A stretch of DNA of 63,838 nt, the filler included, from Intoshia linei (taxonomy: Eukaryota; Animalia; Orthonectida), in the NCBI GenBank assembly GCA_001642005.1. It is 4 parts of 4 records of this genome, joined end to end, with 100 filler letters (N's around TTAATTAATTAA, not from the genome) between each part and the next. Parts side by side here need not be neighbours in the genome. Positions count along the whole stretch, not along the records: positions 42,230 to 61,059 come from LWCA01000759.1; positions 61,160 to 63,838 come from LWCA01002256.1; 2 more parts are not named here. One strand, given 5' to 3'. The notes under the pieces were generated by a model. That model made no database searches and was not told the origin of the DNA. It worked only from the letters and a program-made list of their open reading frames with translations. How positions within the stretch are numbered: position 1 is the first letter of the stretch; each line of letters begins with the position of its first letter. A program made the translations under genes and the position numbers. Of this stretch, positions 51,101 to 63,838 are shown in pieces.

Positions 51101-54100
51101 CATGACCGTTAAATTTAATGTATAATAAATGCATTTTCGTGCTCTTTGGAAAAATAGAAATTTGACTGGCATACGTAGATATTTTATTAATTTCACTATC
51201 AACGGGGTTTTCGTCAATGTCTTTAGTATAAATTTCGATTACACCCAATCCCGCAGATTCAATATCAATTTTGTACTTTGATTCTTGATTCACCATGACC
51301 ATATTATTTAAAGAGGTAATGACACATTTAGTCGGATCAAACACATTCAAAAGATTACATTGCTTTTTAAGCAAAGAGTATCCCAACAAATCAATATTCA
51401 TGTTATACGAGTCGATTGAAGACGGTGTCCACTTTGCGAATAAATGTTTTGAATTTGTTAAACTCTTTTCAAATGGTATAGAAATTAAATCATTTTTGTT
51501 GGATTCTAAAGAAAAATTGAAACACTCACACGGTGCGTCAATACCATCAATTTGAAAACAAATTTCTTCATCAACTTTTACTACTCTCGGTTCAAAATTA
51601 TACAATAAAATATCATCTAGTTTATGAACCCTAATATCAAAATAACAATTTTGGGAAGCAATGTTGTTTAAAAACAAAACTACTGACACTGGATTAATCG
51701 GTGTAAATTTGATTCTATACTTTGTAGAATTAATTTTGGAAACACTACTCTTCAAAAATGATCCATCAATCAAATTTTTTATATGTACTTCTAGTCGGCC
51801 TTCTCCAGCCCCGTTAGTATCAACACACATGGAGACTTCCAATCCGGACAACACATCAGTAGGTTTCTCATAAACGGAAATTTTGGATGGTTCACACGCA
51901 ATAACAGAAATAGGTGTATTTGGAACCAAATTATCACAAATTTTAATGAAAATCAAATAACATCCCAACATATTTGGCAGATATTTCACCTTAATTTTAC
52001 CCGGTTCCACAATTTCAATTTCAATTGGAATAAAATCTGCATTATTAGCTTCAATTAGCACGTGAATATTTTCTACAATTTCGGAATAAATGTAAAATTC
52101 AACTGGCTGACCAACTACAACAGCATTATTCACTCCAGGTCCATTAACACAAATGTCGTCAGGATTGTAAATTGTAACTTTACTATCCAATTCATGCAAT
52201 TCGATTGAATTAAAAACCAACTTTATTATATAACTAGACACCGAGTCTGAAACAAATGTCAAAATATAATTCCGTGGCGCACTTTCAATTATATTACACT
52301 TTAAATAAGAACCTGGATAATCCGCATTAACTATATACGCGTCCAATATACCTTCTCCCACTTTAGTTGTATCTATAAACGCTTTTCCAACTTGAGAAAT
52401 TGGCAGCATTCCACAACACTTTATTTTCATTTTTTTTTCATTGAAGGTAGAAATTTTACAAATTAAATGACCGTTCAGTTTAGAAGAATTTAACGATACT
52501 AAATCATAATTACCCACGTCTATATCAATCACAGAAATATTCCATTTTTTTCGGTTTATTGTACAAATTGACACTGGTAAAAAATTTCCACTTTCTTCAA
52601 TTAAACCAAATCGTGCATTTTCAACTTCAACGTCTGATTTTATTGTAATGACAGATTCTTTGTTTACGGAAATTAAAAATTTTTTTAAATCTGATCCTAA
52701 TACTGAATCATCGCTTAGTCTATCCAAGTTTTTTTCCTTTTCTTCAGTCAATTCATTGCTAGATACTGTGAATGATGGTATAGCTTCCACTTTTACTTTC
52801 CATGCATTGTCCGACACTTCTTGACCGTCGAATTGTATTTCAATTTTGCTGTTTCCAATTACTGTAGGGACAAAGTAACACTTGTAAAATTTATCACTTA
52901 TTTGAGATACAAAGCAACGTGTTTTTCCTTCGTTTATTACAATTTCTAAATCTCCGGCTGGTGAATTTGGTGATATCGCAACTATTAATCGCAATTAATA
53001 TTATAGTTATACTATACCAAGTCTAACAAGGTATTTAATTATTACTTACTAGATTGACTGTTATATCCTTTGTACAAACAATCAAATCCCCAGATTAATT
53101 TTTCTTTAAAAATGAAAAAAATTACGTTCATACAGTAGTTTCCAGTTACGCACACAAAAAATTTTAATCTCACAAAGTAACATCTTCAAGGCAAAAAAAG
53201 GACTTTGATTATATTTGATAAATATTATATTAGCGGTCGCACAATTATAAAGAGATTATTCTGGTACAGCTTATTCCAGTTGATATATTGCATAGAATGT
53301 GTACAACTGTGAAATGTATACATTCCACAGGCAAGTCATAGAATGTGTAAAACTTTCACTTATATTTTAGTTTAATTTTGGGTTTTAGATATTTTTTTAG
53401 ATTTTTTTAAACCAAACTTTTAAAAGGGGTTTTTAAGAAAATTTTTTTGAACTAAAATTTCAAGAGGGGTTGTTGTGAAAAATTTTATACCTACCAATTG
53501 AACGATAATTGATATCAATATCAAAACAGCATTATATTAACAAAACAAAGTAATTGAGATCTGTATTTTAAGCCAGAGTAATTTTAAGTTAAATAACACC
53601 GTGCAAAGTGAACGAAATTGTGTACTATTATAAGCCAAAATTAATTTAGGTCACATTTCAGTGTGCAAAATGAATGAAATTTACATTATTTTAAGTCAAA
53701 ATATATATTATACGAAAAGAAATTTGAGTTTATTTTATAAATTTTTAGATTTTAAATTTTTTGTATTTTTAGTATGATCTTATATTTTTATCGTTTTTAA
53801 ACCCCCCTAAAAGTTTGGTTTAAAAAAAATTCTTAAAAACCACTCTTGAAAGTTTGGGTCAAAAAAAATATTAAAAACCCCCTCTTGAAAGTTTGGTTCA
53901 AAAAATTTCTAATGTGCTGATTCAGTTAATTATAGATGCATTGCATAATTGATATTTTTAACACATCGAAAGCAGATACTGAATATATATCAACTTTAAT
54001 TGTTAATAAATTGAATTGTTTTTTAAAATTCTTTACACAAAATGCTAACAAAATAAAATTGAGGTAGAATAATTCACTTTAAATTAAAAGGTAATGTGAT

Positions 54101-55509
54101 ATGACAGGTTCACCTGAACCAAGTTTGGGAACCACTCCTTGAAAGGGTTGATAGTAATGAATAGTAGCATTTTTACTGAATTTATTTTTTTAGTTGAATG
54201 AAAATGTTCTCCCTCGGCAGCCAGCTAGTTTGTACCGAGTATATAACGGTCAATCTACTTATACAGTGATATCTCGTTCTCGTCATGATCGATTACTTAA
54301 ATTTTAGTTTATTTAGAAACAATTTTAAGCCAAAAATATTTTTTGCAATCATATATATATAATTTTGGCTTTACATTTAACTCCAAATAAAATTAAAATT
54401 AAAGTAATCGAACATGACAAGAACGAGATATCACTGTAATATGATTTAAAATTACTCTCAAAGTTGACTTTATCATTAACAAACATTCGTTCAGGTAAAT
54501 GATGCAATTTGATAATATTTTTGTAATTGATTTCACTTTCTTTTACTTCATATTTGCTTTTTGTAATATTAACATCAATTTCATCGAGCATAACGCTTAT
54601 ATAGTGAAAACCTAGCAATATATGAGTTTATTATTTCTACATAATAAAATGATGAAATTACCAATCTTTTCAGGGAGATAATTGTAATAAAAGATTTTTT
54701 CAGTGTTTGACACACCTTTCAATTCATTCTTGACACCATCGGGTTCTAATAAATGATAACAATAAATAATAAGTAAAAATTTATAGATAAATAAAAATAC
54801 CATGAATAATAAGCCTGGTGCCATTTAAACCTGTATGTCTGATATCAATTTCAAGTTCAACCATATCATACAACGACCATTCATTAGATGATGAATTGAA
54901 AATAAAATTTGACAAATTATAAAACGTGACGAGATTTTTGTCTATAGTAATTTCCACATTACCATAAAATAATCTTAAATACATTCTACCAACATGAGAA
55001 GATTTCAATTCAATTTTAAAAATATGATCCAGACATTTTTCAACCTTGAGTTGATCACCGGTACCGTCAATCTTTTCATTATTTTTTAGGGTTAAAAAAG
55101 CACAGAGTTTATCCAGTGGACCGCAATTTTCAGTATCAACATTAATTGAAATTTGTCGATTAACTTCACATTTCGATGGTATGTTGCGAATTGTTATTTT
55201 TTCCAAATCAAAAGCTACAACATTGTAAGTGTACACCTTGTCGGTAAATTTTATGATAATTTTCCATGTACCTATATGAGAAGGAATAAAATCAATAAAA
55301 TAATCATTTGTTTTGTTTTCATATTGAATGGTGCATGGGTTTGTTTCGTTTTCAGGAGAAACACTGATGACGGATTCAATATTTTTTTCTTTTCCTTTAA
55401 ATTTAAACCCCTTGTTATTTTCACTAGTGATTATAGACAACGCATAGTCCTTTTCAAACACTTCCTCATCGCTGGAAATGTCAATTATTGACCAATTTAA
55501 AAATGACAT
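48108..55509 (-). CDS. Filamin-type Ig-repeat protein lacking CH actin-binding domain; ~4.9 kb terminal exon
   Basis: Recurrent filamin motifs (KVWGPGL, IDTTRAGPGLL, YTPDGIGTYRIFITWSGLQISGSPF) across the 1628-aa ORF; upstream exons 54349-55509 also Ig-like. Confidence 0.85.
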
Positions 55510-58500
55510 TAATTAATTATACTTTTTTAAATTTTTAAGATATCAAAGTAAACCAAATTTAATAAATTACGTACGAAATTTCACATTATAAACATAACGA
55601 TACACATGGTTTCACGACGATATAGCTAGTTTTTTTGTATACATATTATTTCTTGTTAGTAGACTTGGAAGACATAATAAATTAACAATGCATACATCGA
55701 AATTTAACTAAAACAATTCAATAGCCGTTAGTATTACAGTTAACTTTTTTTATTATTCTTAATTTTCTACGATCAGTGTTAATTATGTTGGTGATTACTG
55801 ATTTGAGTTAGCATTGACCAATATTCTCCTTTGTACGGTTATTTGCTATGAGTTGTTCACTTTTGACAAATTAGTCAATTGCATAGCTAATAATTATTCT
55901 TGCGTGTCACAATCAAAATATCTACGTTTATAAATAGATTTATTCCTTCGAGGAAATGTAATATTACATTTCATTAAAATAAAACTAAATATGATAATAC
56001 TATATGTGTTGGCAAAATGAATGTATAGCCAGATCTCTCAAATTGAGAGTCTCAATATCGCCACTACATTTCAATTTAATAACAAACCTATAATTTAACA
56101 AATTTTATCATTCTTTTACTATATCGCTGCATTTTCATTTCCATGATCTATATTATTGTATTAAACTCAACCTGGGGGGTCGCAGAATCTATTTTTAATT
56201 TAATTCGAATTTGAGTCTTTCAGGATCAAAAACCCAATTTGTCATTTTGTTTAAAATAACTATAATTTGGGACGCGTTTAAAAATTATTAACATGGTCGT
56301 AAATCTCAGCCTTAGAACACATATATTCTTGGCCAAAATCTCAAATTAGCAAATACCCTTAGTTTTAAAAATGAAACATCTTAACATTTTATAAAACACT
56401 AGGCTGACTGTTATGCACTACGTACAAACAGCACCTAGCTCTGCCAAAGCACATTTTTATTATACCAAAAAAATAAACTCATGTTAAAAATCTAACTTAA
56501 AAATCCTACTATTCACTATTATCAATCATTTAAAGGAGTGAAAAATAAATTCACGTTGAAAATCTAATTTAAAAATCCTACTATTCACTATTATCAATCC
56601 TTTAAAGGAGTGGTTCCCAAATTTGTTTCAGGTGGAACCGTCCTATCACATTAATTTTTACTTTAAAGTAAATTATTCCATCTTAATTTTTTTTGTTAAC
56701 ACATTTGTGTAAAAATTTAAAAACAATTGTTATCCCATTTTTTCAATTTGTTGGACAGAATGTGTGTATAATATTAAAAATAAAGTAACAATTCAATTCT
56801 AAAAATTGTCATAAATAGCATAAATTACAGCAAAATTAAAAAATTATAAAAACCTATTTTGTTATTTTCAATGTGATGATATATATTCAGTACCAATTTA
56901 ATAAATACTTAAAAATACCAATTGTGTATCAATAATTAATAGAATCAGCCCTTTAGAAACATATTTCAGGTGAATTTTACCAATAATGCAAAATATTGAA
57001 ATAAATATAAAAATGATAATAACAAAGTTGTATTATTGTTAGTAATTCGTTGTTGTAGTTTTAATTTAAATTTTAAACAAAATGTTTTGCAAATGAGAAT
57101 TTGAGATTGAAAAATTGGGTAAAAATGAAAAAAATTCCGAAGGAATGAATTATATAGATTTTCACCCATATGACTTTATTGGAAATGTATTATATGAAAT
57201 TATAGATATTCAATGCACAAATTTTTTGATTTTGATTTTCAATTTTTATTTTAATCGAAATATTTGAAAAATATTGGTTGATAATATATTAAAAGTATTT
57301 TTCATCGGGAATGCGTAGATTTCTGGGGTTGAAATTTTGTATTTATATCAACTGGAATAAGCTCTACAGAAAAATCTATTTTTTTAATTTTTATCCCATT
57401 AATTATTTCACATTTTTTGTTTTAATAAACTATTTCTAAAAAAAAATAACTGATAATAATAATACTAATAAAAAAATAATAATTATATAAGTAAGGATAA
57501 ATTCTTTTAAAAAAATATTGGAAAAAGGGTATTTTTTCACTATTATTTATTTATATTTATTTAAAATTGTATTTTTTATGTTGTGGTTTGATTAAGTGGA
57601 TTTTTTTCATAAGGTTTCGTCAAATCGGATATTGCAAAAAAAATTTCGGTAATAGTCAATTTTTCCTAAGGCTTGACATGTTATTTTTGATTTATTTTAT
57701 TATTTTTATTAATGGTGTGATAAAAATGGGATTTTTGAAATTAATAATGTTGCAGTCGTCTAGGCTTTGGAATTACCAACGTCTAGAAACTCTGAATAAA
57801 TATTTAAAATTCTGCTATAAAAATAAACAAAAGTTGACCAGAATTTTTCTATATTTTATTTGAATCTCACGAGCGTATAATTTTAGAATTCAATCGGGAA
57901 CCTCTGTTTTAATGTATATATTATTTATAAAAAATTCCGGAAACAGAATGATATGTTTTTCAGGACCAATTATTTCGTTAACGAGGAATTTTCCTGTAGT
58001 ACATAACATTGTGTAATTTCAATTTTTTACGTAATGAGTTGAGAGGGACCGGATATTTGGTATATTCGTAATATAGTGTATACAATATTTTGTTAAAAAT
58101 TAATCAAAGAAATAACCAAGAAATATTGTCACAAAGTGAAAAATATAAGAATTTCGATTCACAAGATACATATTATATATAAAAACCATTATACCCTTCA
58201 AAATCAATTTGAAAATTAAATTTATTACATTAAATCTTACAAAAAATTCAAAATACTAAATATCATGGTGTGCCGTCAGAAGACACCGGAATGCCTTCTA
58301 CAGAGGTTGGGAATATTAATGAGTACAGTTTCAATTAGGTTAATTTTTTCTGATAATTGTCCAATATATTTGTAGACATCAATCGGCCTTTCAAATTAAT
58401 TTTAATTAAAACTACCATTTCAATTTTCTGATAGAAATGAATCTAATTCCTCTTTTGTACTTACAATGACTTTATAATTAAAATTCTAATAATTAGAGTT

Positions 58501-58743
58501 TAATTTTATCAAAATTTTTTTTGAAAAAATAAGATGATCCAAATGATTGGATACACATTTTATACTCTGCCTACCCAGACGATTTGCCGTCTGCACGTCG
58601 CTGCTAAGTATACACAGAAAATATACAAAGTTATATCATTCCGGTGAACAAATATATAAAATTAATGCATGTTTGCTTAATTCGATATACTTGTCTAATG
58701 CTTCAAATCAGATTATTTAAATTTGAAAAATATTAAATATTTT

Positions 58744-60228
58744 ATGGGGAATTCTTTTACAAAACTACTTAGTAAGGCAATAAAATGTAAATTGAATTTG
58801 CGAATCGTTATGGTAGGCTTAGATTCTTCAGGTTCGTTTCAATTTTATGTTTTAATATAAATATAGGTAAAACGTGTTTATTGCAGTACCTCAGTGGTTC
58901 TACACAGGATAATATTAATACTCCGACGATAGGATTTAATGTTAATACTGTTAGCATAAATAAGAAACTAAACATTATTCTATGGGACCTTGGAGGTCAG
59001 GCTTCACTTAGATCTACTTGGAATATGTTTATTAATGATATTTCGGGTAATTATTTCATTTTTTTTAAATTATTTACATTATATTTTTTAATATTCTGTA
59101 TTTTTATAAAATTTAGGTATCATCTATGTTATTGATAGTTGTGACCATAACAGATTCGAATTAGCTAAAGTAAATATTTGTCAATATTATTTTGCATTCT
59201 AATACATATAATGTATATCAAAATTAGATAATTTAAATTTTTCAATAATTATTTAATTATTATAATCCATGATAAATAATGTCCACCCTTTTCATAAGTG
59301 TGACAAAAGGTTAAGAATTCCTGCTTTAAAGTCTAGGGCAGGTATTCCCAGGTTTTATATCTCGCGCCAAAAAAATTCATTAATTCTTATCAAATACGAT
59401 GCAGGCGTATTTGTAGTACAGGCGAAATGTAAATAACATATTGTTTTCAGCTTGTTAATTTTTTCTGTAGAGCGATTTAAATAAAATGAATTTTATTTGA
59501 AAAAAATTGTAGAGATAAATATAGATTTACTATTGTAAAATGTTATTATTACTAGTATTAATATCATACATATAATAATTGATCATTGAAAATTTAAAAA
59601 AAACGAAGGTGTACCGAAATGTTTTCAGAGTCTTTAAGGCGTGTTACGTAAAAAAGTTTAGGATTCACTACCCTAATTAATACTAAATTGGCTAGCAGTT
59701 TTCTAAAAATTTTGAATTCCCGGTTTGGCGAATAGTTGAGACTTAACTTGGTAAGTTTCAAAATTTTCGTCTAATCTTTTTCTGTCTCAAGTCCCACTAT
59801 GATAATAGCTGCTCTATATATCCAACTACTCTACAGAAAGCATACTATACCTGTGAGAATACTTTATACTGGAAATTTAAAAATATAAATTGACTCAATC
59901 TTGATTTATTTTTTTCATTTTAGAATGAATTAATAATGTTGCTTGAAGAACCGAAAATACAAACAGTACCTGTAATTATATTAGCAAATAAACAAGACTT
60001 AAAATGTAAGTTTTTAGCCTACCTATATATTTTAAGCATGCTTATTAATATTATATTATAAAATCGATTTTAATCAATATATGCTCAATGGTTAATTTCA
60101 ATCCAATTTATCCGTAAACACTTTAGATGCAATTACAGTTGAAAGGCTTAAGAATTATCTAAATTTATATGAAGAAAATTGTTTCAAAAATCGTTCGTGG
60201 GATGCATGTGCAATTAGTGCATTGACAG
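58744..60228 (+). CDS. ADP-ribosylation factor-like small GTPase; last exon not identified
   Basis: MGN myristoylation start, GLDSSG|KT P-loop, PTIGFNV, WDLGGQ, ANKQD, SALTG across 5 exons. Confidence 0.9.
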
Positions 60229-61059
60229 GTTATTTTTAATGAATAAAAGTTATAGCCATTAGAAGATTTGGTTAGCAGCCAAAATAAAGCATACTTATAG
60301 TAAAATAATATTGGATACAAGTTTATTTAAAAACAGCAGATTATTAAAAAATCATAAAAAGATGATTTTTTAAATTTAACGATATTATAATAAAGTATGT
60401 TGACTGTTATGTACTACGTACAAACAGGAACTAGCTCTGCCGAGGGCACATTTTTATTATACTTAAAAAATACATTCACGTTGAAAATTTAATTTAAAAA
60501 TCCTACTATTCACTATTATCAATCCTATTAAATGATCTCTTTTAATATTGTTAAAATTTTTATACATTTGAATAAGTGTGATGTAACTTGTTTAAATCGT
60601 TACCTAATAAATAAATTAGTCTATATTTCTTAAACTAGGTTTTGCCGATTATTTTCAAATATACAGCGAAAGTGATTCAAATTATTCCGAATTTTAATTT
60701 TTATGTTTTCTACGATCACACTGAAAATATTTAGTTATACATTTTTATATGATTCCATAAGGCGATTTTTTTGAAATAGGTTTCGATCCGAAACATTTTA
60801 CTAATCAATGTATACTATTTCTACTAACATTTAAATATTTTTTTGTTTTTATGTGTTTTTATTTTAAAAATTTTGCGAATCGACAAAAAACGACTTTTCA
60901 AATTTGACCAATATTTTAATCATTTGATATAATAGAAGGTTGATAATATTAAAAATAAAGTAACAACAGTTCAATCCTAAAAATTGTCATAAGTAGCATA
61001 AATTACAGCAAAATAAAATTATAAAAACCTATTTTGTCATTTTCAATGTGATGATATAT

Positions 61060-61159
61060 NNNNNNNNNNNNNNNNNNNNNNNNNNNNNNNNNNNNNNNNN
61101 NNNTTAATTAATTAANNNNNNNNNNNNNNNNNNNNNNNNNNNNNNNNNNNNNNNNNNNN
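61060..61159. other. Assembly gap with TTAATTAATTAA linker
   Basis: N-run with linker. Confidence 0.97.
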
Positions 61160-61866
61160 CCAATTATTACTAGCCAGACTAAAAAATGAATCGTTTTTAG
61201 AAAATATTGTGACAGGTGATGAAAAATGGATACATTGTGATAATACTGAATTGAAAAAAAAATGGCTATCTTCCCAGGAATCACCGATATTGACTCCAAA
61301 ACCAGAACTTTATGGTAAAAATGTAATGGTGAGTATTTGGTGGGATATGAAAGGCATACTTCATTATGAATATCTTAAAAACAAAGAAACCATTAATGCG
61401 GAAAAGTATGGCGAACAATTGAATAAATCGACCGATGCAATTTACCGTAAAAGATCTCAAATGTTCTCTAAGGGTAATATTATTTTGTTACACGACAATG
61501 CTAGACCTCATACTGCTATAAAGACTAGAAAACATTTAATGGACCTTAATTATGAGGTATTAAATCACAAACCATATTTGCCAGACATTGCTCCTTCTGA
61601 CTATCACCTTTTTAGGTCGATGAGTAACCACTACCATGAAAAAAAAATACGATTCAATTGACCATTTAAAATTCGACATTGATAACGTTTTGACAAATAA
61701 AAGCCAGAGTTTTTTTCAAAATGGAATTAAGAAGATACCGGAACGTTGGAGAAGAATTGTTGAATGCAATGGAGAATATTTTGTAGAATAAAGGTTAATT
61801 AAAAATATTATTATAGAAGTTTTAATTATAGTTATAAAAACGACATTACTTTGTGAATGATCTAAT
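61160..61866 (+). mobile_element. mariner (DD34D) transposon, 3' part with right TIR
   Basis: IVTGDEKWI, LLHDNARPH, PDIAPSDYHLF; TIR AAAAACGACATTACTTTGTGAATGATCTAA. Confidence 0.92.
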
Positions 61867-62293
61867 AATTATCATCTATTCATTACTACGAAGTGTTGAT
61901 TGTATGATCAATGCCCCTTGTGAATAAATGGTTAACTTGAAGTTATTCACGACATTATTATATGTAATCTTAGCACTGTCGAAATCCTTTAGCATTAAGG
62001 TCGCACGTGCACGCACTATCTGGATCATTGATTGAAGATATGGCGGTGATGGAAGATTGATCAATTGTGGGCTTAACTCAATGGTAGTATTGGCGGTTTG
62101 ATAAATATCAAGGGATGCAGCTCTGACTGCAATAATTCGTGCTAAATTATTGAATTGAGTGTTGTTTCCCCCAATGTGACTCTTGTGGTATTCGTTTATA
62201 TTATTAAAAGTTTTTAGTTAGGTAGTCATTTTGCTTTGTATTTGGTAAACGAGCCATTTAATATATTTTATCTTAGCACATTGTCTATTTTTT

Positions 62294-63270
62294 ATGTCAT
62301 TTTTATCGGTTTTAACCAGAATATTTAAAAAAATTGTATATCTATTTATATTATATTAATTTACACATATATATTTAGGTTTATATTACAAAATTCTATG
62401 CGCTATAGAGCCAGAACATGTAAACCTCCTATTTGGTTTGTTCCAAAAAAAGTTAGTGTTAGTGTCAATTCAATGTATTTATCTCCGTTAAACAAAAAAT
62501 TTATTGAAGAACAAGGTAAATTATCCAAAATTGAAACTAAACCTAAAATTGAAAAACAATGGACAATTAAGTAATTTTAATATTTTAATCATAAATATTT
62601 ATATCTGATTTATTATTGAGATTATTTTTTAATTTATTCAAATTGTACTTTTAACTAAAAAAATTAAATTAAATTAAAGAAAATTTAACAGAAAAACAAT
62701 AATTTTTAAATTTCGTTGTTACAGCGAAATGTATTATTAATCTGCAAAATCTGCTTAAGAATGTGCCCAAAAATAGTCAAAAACGGTGTCCCTAATCCTT
62801 AGAACTACTAGCGGTGGTGATTTTAACCACCTAATTTTGTCTATACAAACTACTTGCAGCCTGCAAGTTGCAGGCACTACTTGAGTGATCAATCAATTAA
62901 TTATTGTTAGTGAAAATATTTGTCATAAATAAATTCTTTTGTTGATCAGCTGTCACATTTTTATTGCATCGTAAAATATTTATAGCTCAAAATTAGATTG
63001 AATAAAGATGGTTAAAATCACCACTGCTGGTGGTTCTCGTTATATTTTTTGCACAATAGTTCTAGGGTAATGTAAATTTTTTAAAGATAAATCACTAACT
63101 TGAAATAAAAAATCGTTAATCATATATTAAAAATCTTTAACTTAGTTAAAACCCTGTATAATACATTTGATATTTTTAGTTCTTATCGGAGCGGTTTAAT
63201 TGCTATTAAAATCGGTGTAACATCGCAGTGGGATGACAAAGGAAAACATTTTACTGTTACATTACTTCAA
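62294..63270 (+). CDS. MRPL3: Mitochondrial ribosomal protein uL3m, 5' exons (continues past window)
   Basis: SYRSGLIAIKIGVTSQWDDKGKHFTVTLLQ (63180-63270); upstream PPIWF...LSPLNKKFI exon; basic N-terminus resembling a targeting peptide. Confidence 0.85.
62801..63037. mobile_element. MITE in MRPL3 intron
   Basis: 29-bp imperfect IR AGAACTACTAGCGGTGGTGATTTTAACCA / TGGTTAAAATCACCACTGCTGGTGGTTCT. Confidence 0.7.
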
Positions 63271-63523
63271 GTAATTATAATATATATTATACAATTTTTT
63301 ATTATTATTATTAGGGCAATTTTTTTTTACATTTATTTATTATGTTATTGTGTCACAAATTATATTTTACTAAATTTTATTTGTTTAATTAACTTATTTT
63401 GATTAGTTTTTCATAGTACTGAAATACTGAAACTACCTCATAACGAACGAACATTAATGATCTCTTATTATATATTATTATAGATAGATTAAGTTGAATT
63501 GTACATATTAGATCCTATTACTA

Positions 63524-63838
63524 TTAGGTCGTTTCATAAGTAATGTCGTTTTTTTAACAAAATTAAAAAGTTTATTTGATTACATTAAAAATAAAGTTAT
63601 ATTATAAAATATTCAACATTGCTTTCCAGTCTTTTTCCAACGTTCCGGTAGTCTATTTATACTATTAGCATAAAAAATCGCTACTTTATTGGACAAAAAC
63701 TTTTGTATGTCCAATTTTAACCCTTCATTTGAAGTGTATTTTTTATTATAGTAATAATTACTCATTACTTTAAATAGGTAATAGTCAGATGGTGCTAAGT
63801 CTGGTGAATACGGTGGATGTAGTAATACTTCAAATTTT
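63524..63838 (-). mobile_element. mariner 3' end in MRPL3 intron, same family as 61160-61866
   Basis: TIR TTAGGTCGTTTCATAAGTAATGTCGTTTTT; HPPYSPDLAPSDYYLF on the minus strand. Confidence 0.88.

Noticed and set aside
49329-51873. Several + strand ORFs
   Set aside because: Antisense shadows of the long filamin exon

Overview
Very AT-rich eukaryotic (metazoan) genomic DNA with many ~35-50 nt introns. Four contigs are joined by N-gaps carrying a TTAATTAATTAA linker. The composition and intron sizes resemble a compact invertebrate-parasite genome such as the orthonectid Intoshia linei (inference only). Host genes I can support are a SUPT20H/Spt20 homolog, a FLYWCH protein, an orphan 3-exon gene, a possible degenerate NMDA-type glutamate receptor, ADAT2, a two-repeat cyclic-nucleotide-binding-domain K+ channel, the SRPRA N-terminus, an AT-hook USF-like bHLH-ZIP, KIAA1143, a filamin-repeat protein with no actin-binding domain, an ARF-like GTPase and the MRPL3 N-terminus. 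Intergenic space and enlarged introns are filled with decayed transposons (hAT, Ty3/Gypsy, PIF/Harbinger-like, pogo/Tigger, mariner, Tc1, piggyBac) and nested MITEs, many with intact target-site duplications. The most notable items are the tandem channel with GYGD plus GFGN filters and degenerate CNBDs, two independent Tc1-HTH/piggyBac-end composites, an iGluR-like ORF that seems to lack the pore helices, and a FLYWCH gene resembling a domesticated MULE. All gene models were spliced by eye and are approximate.
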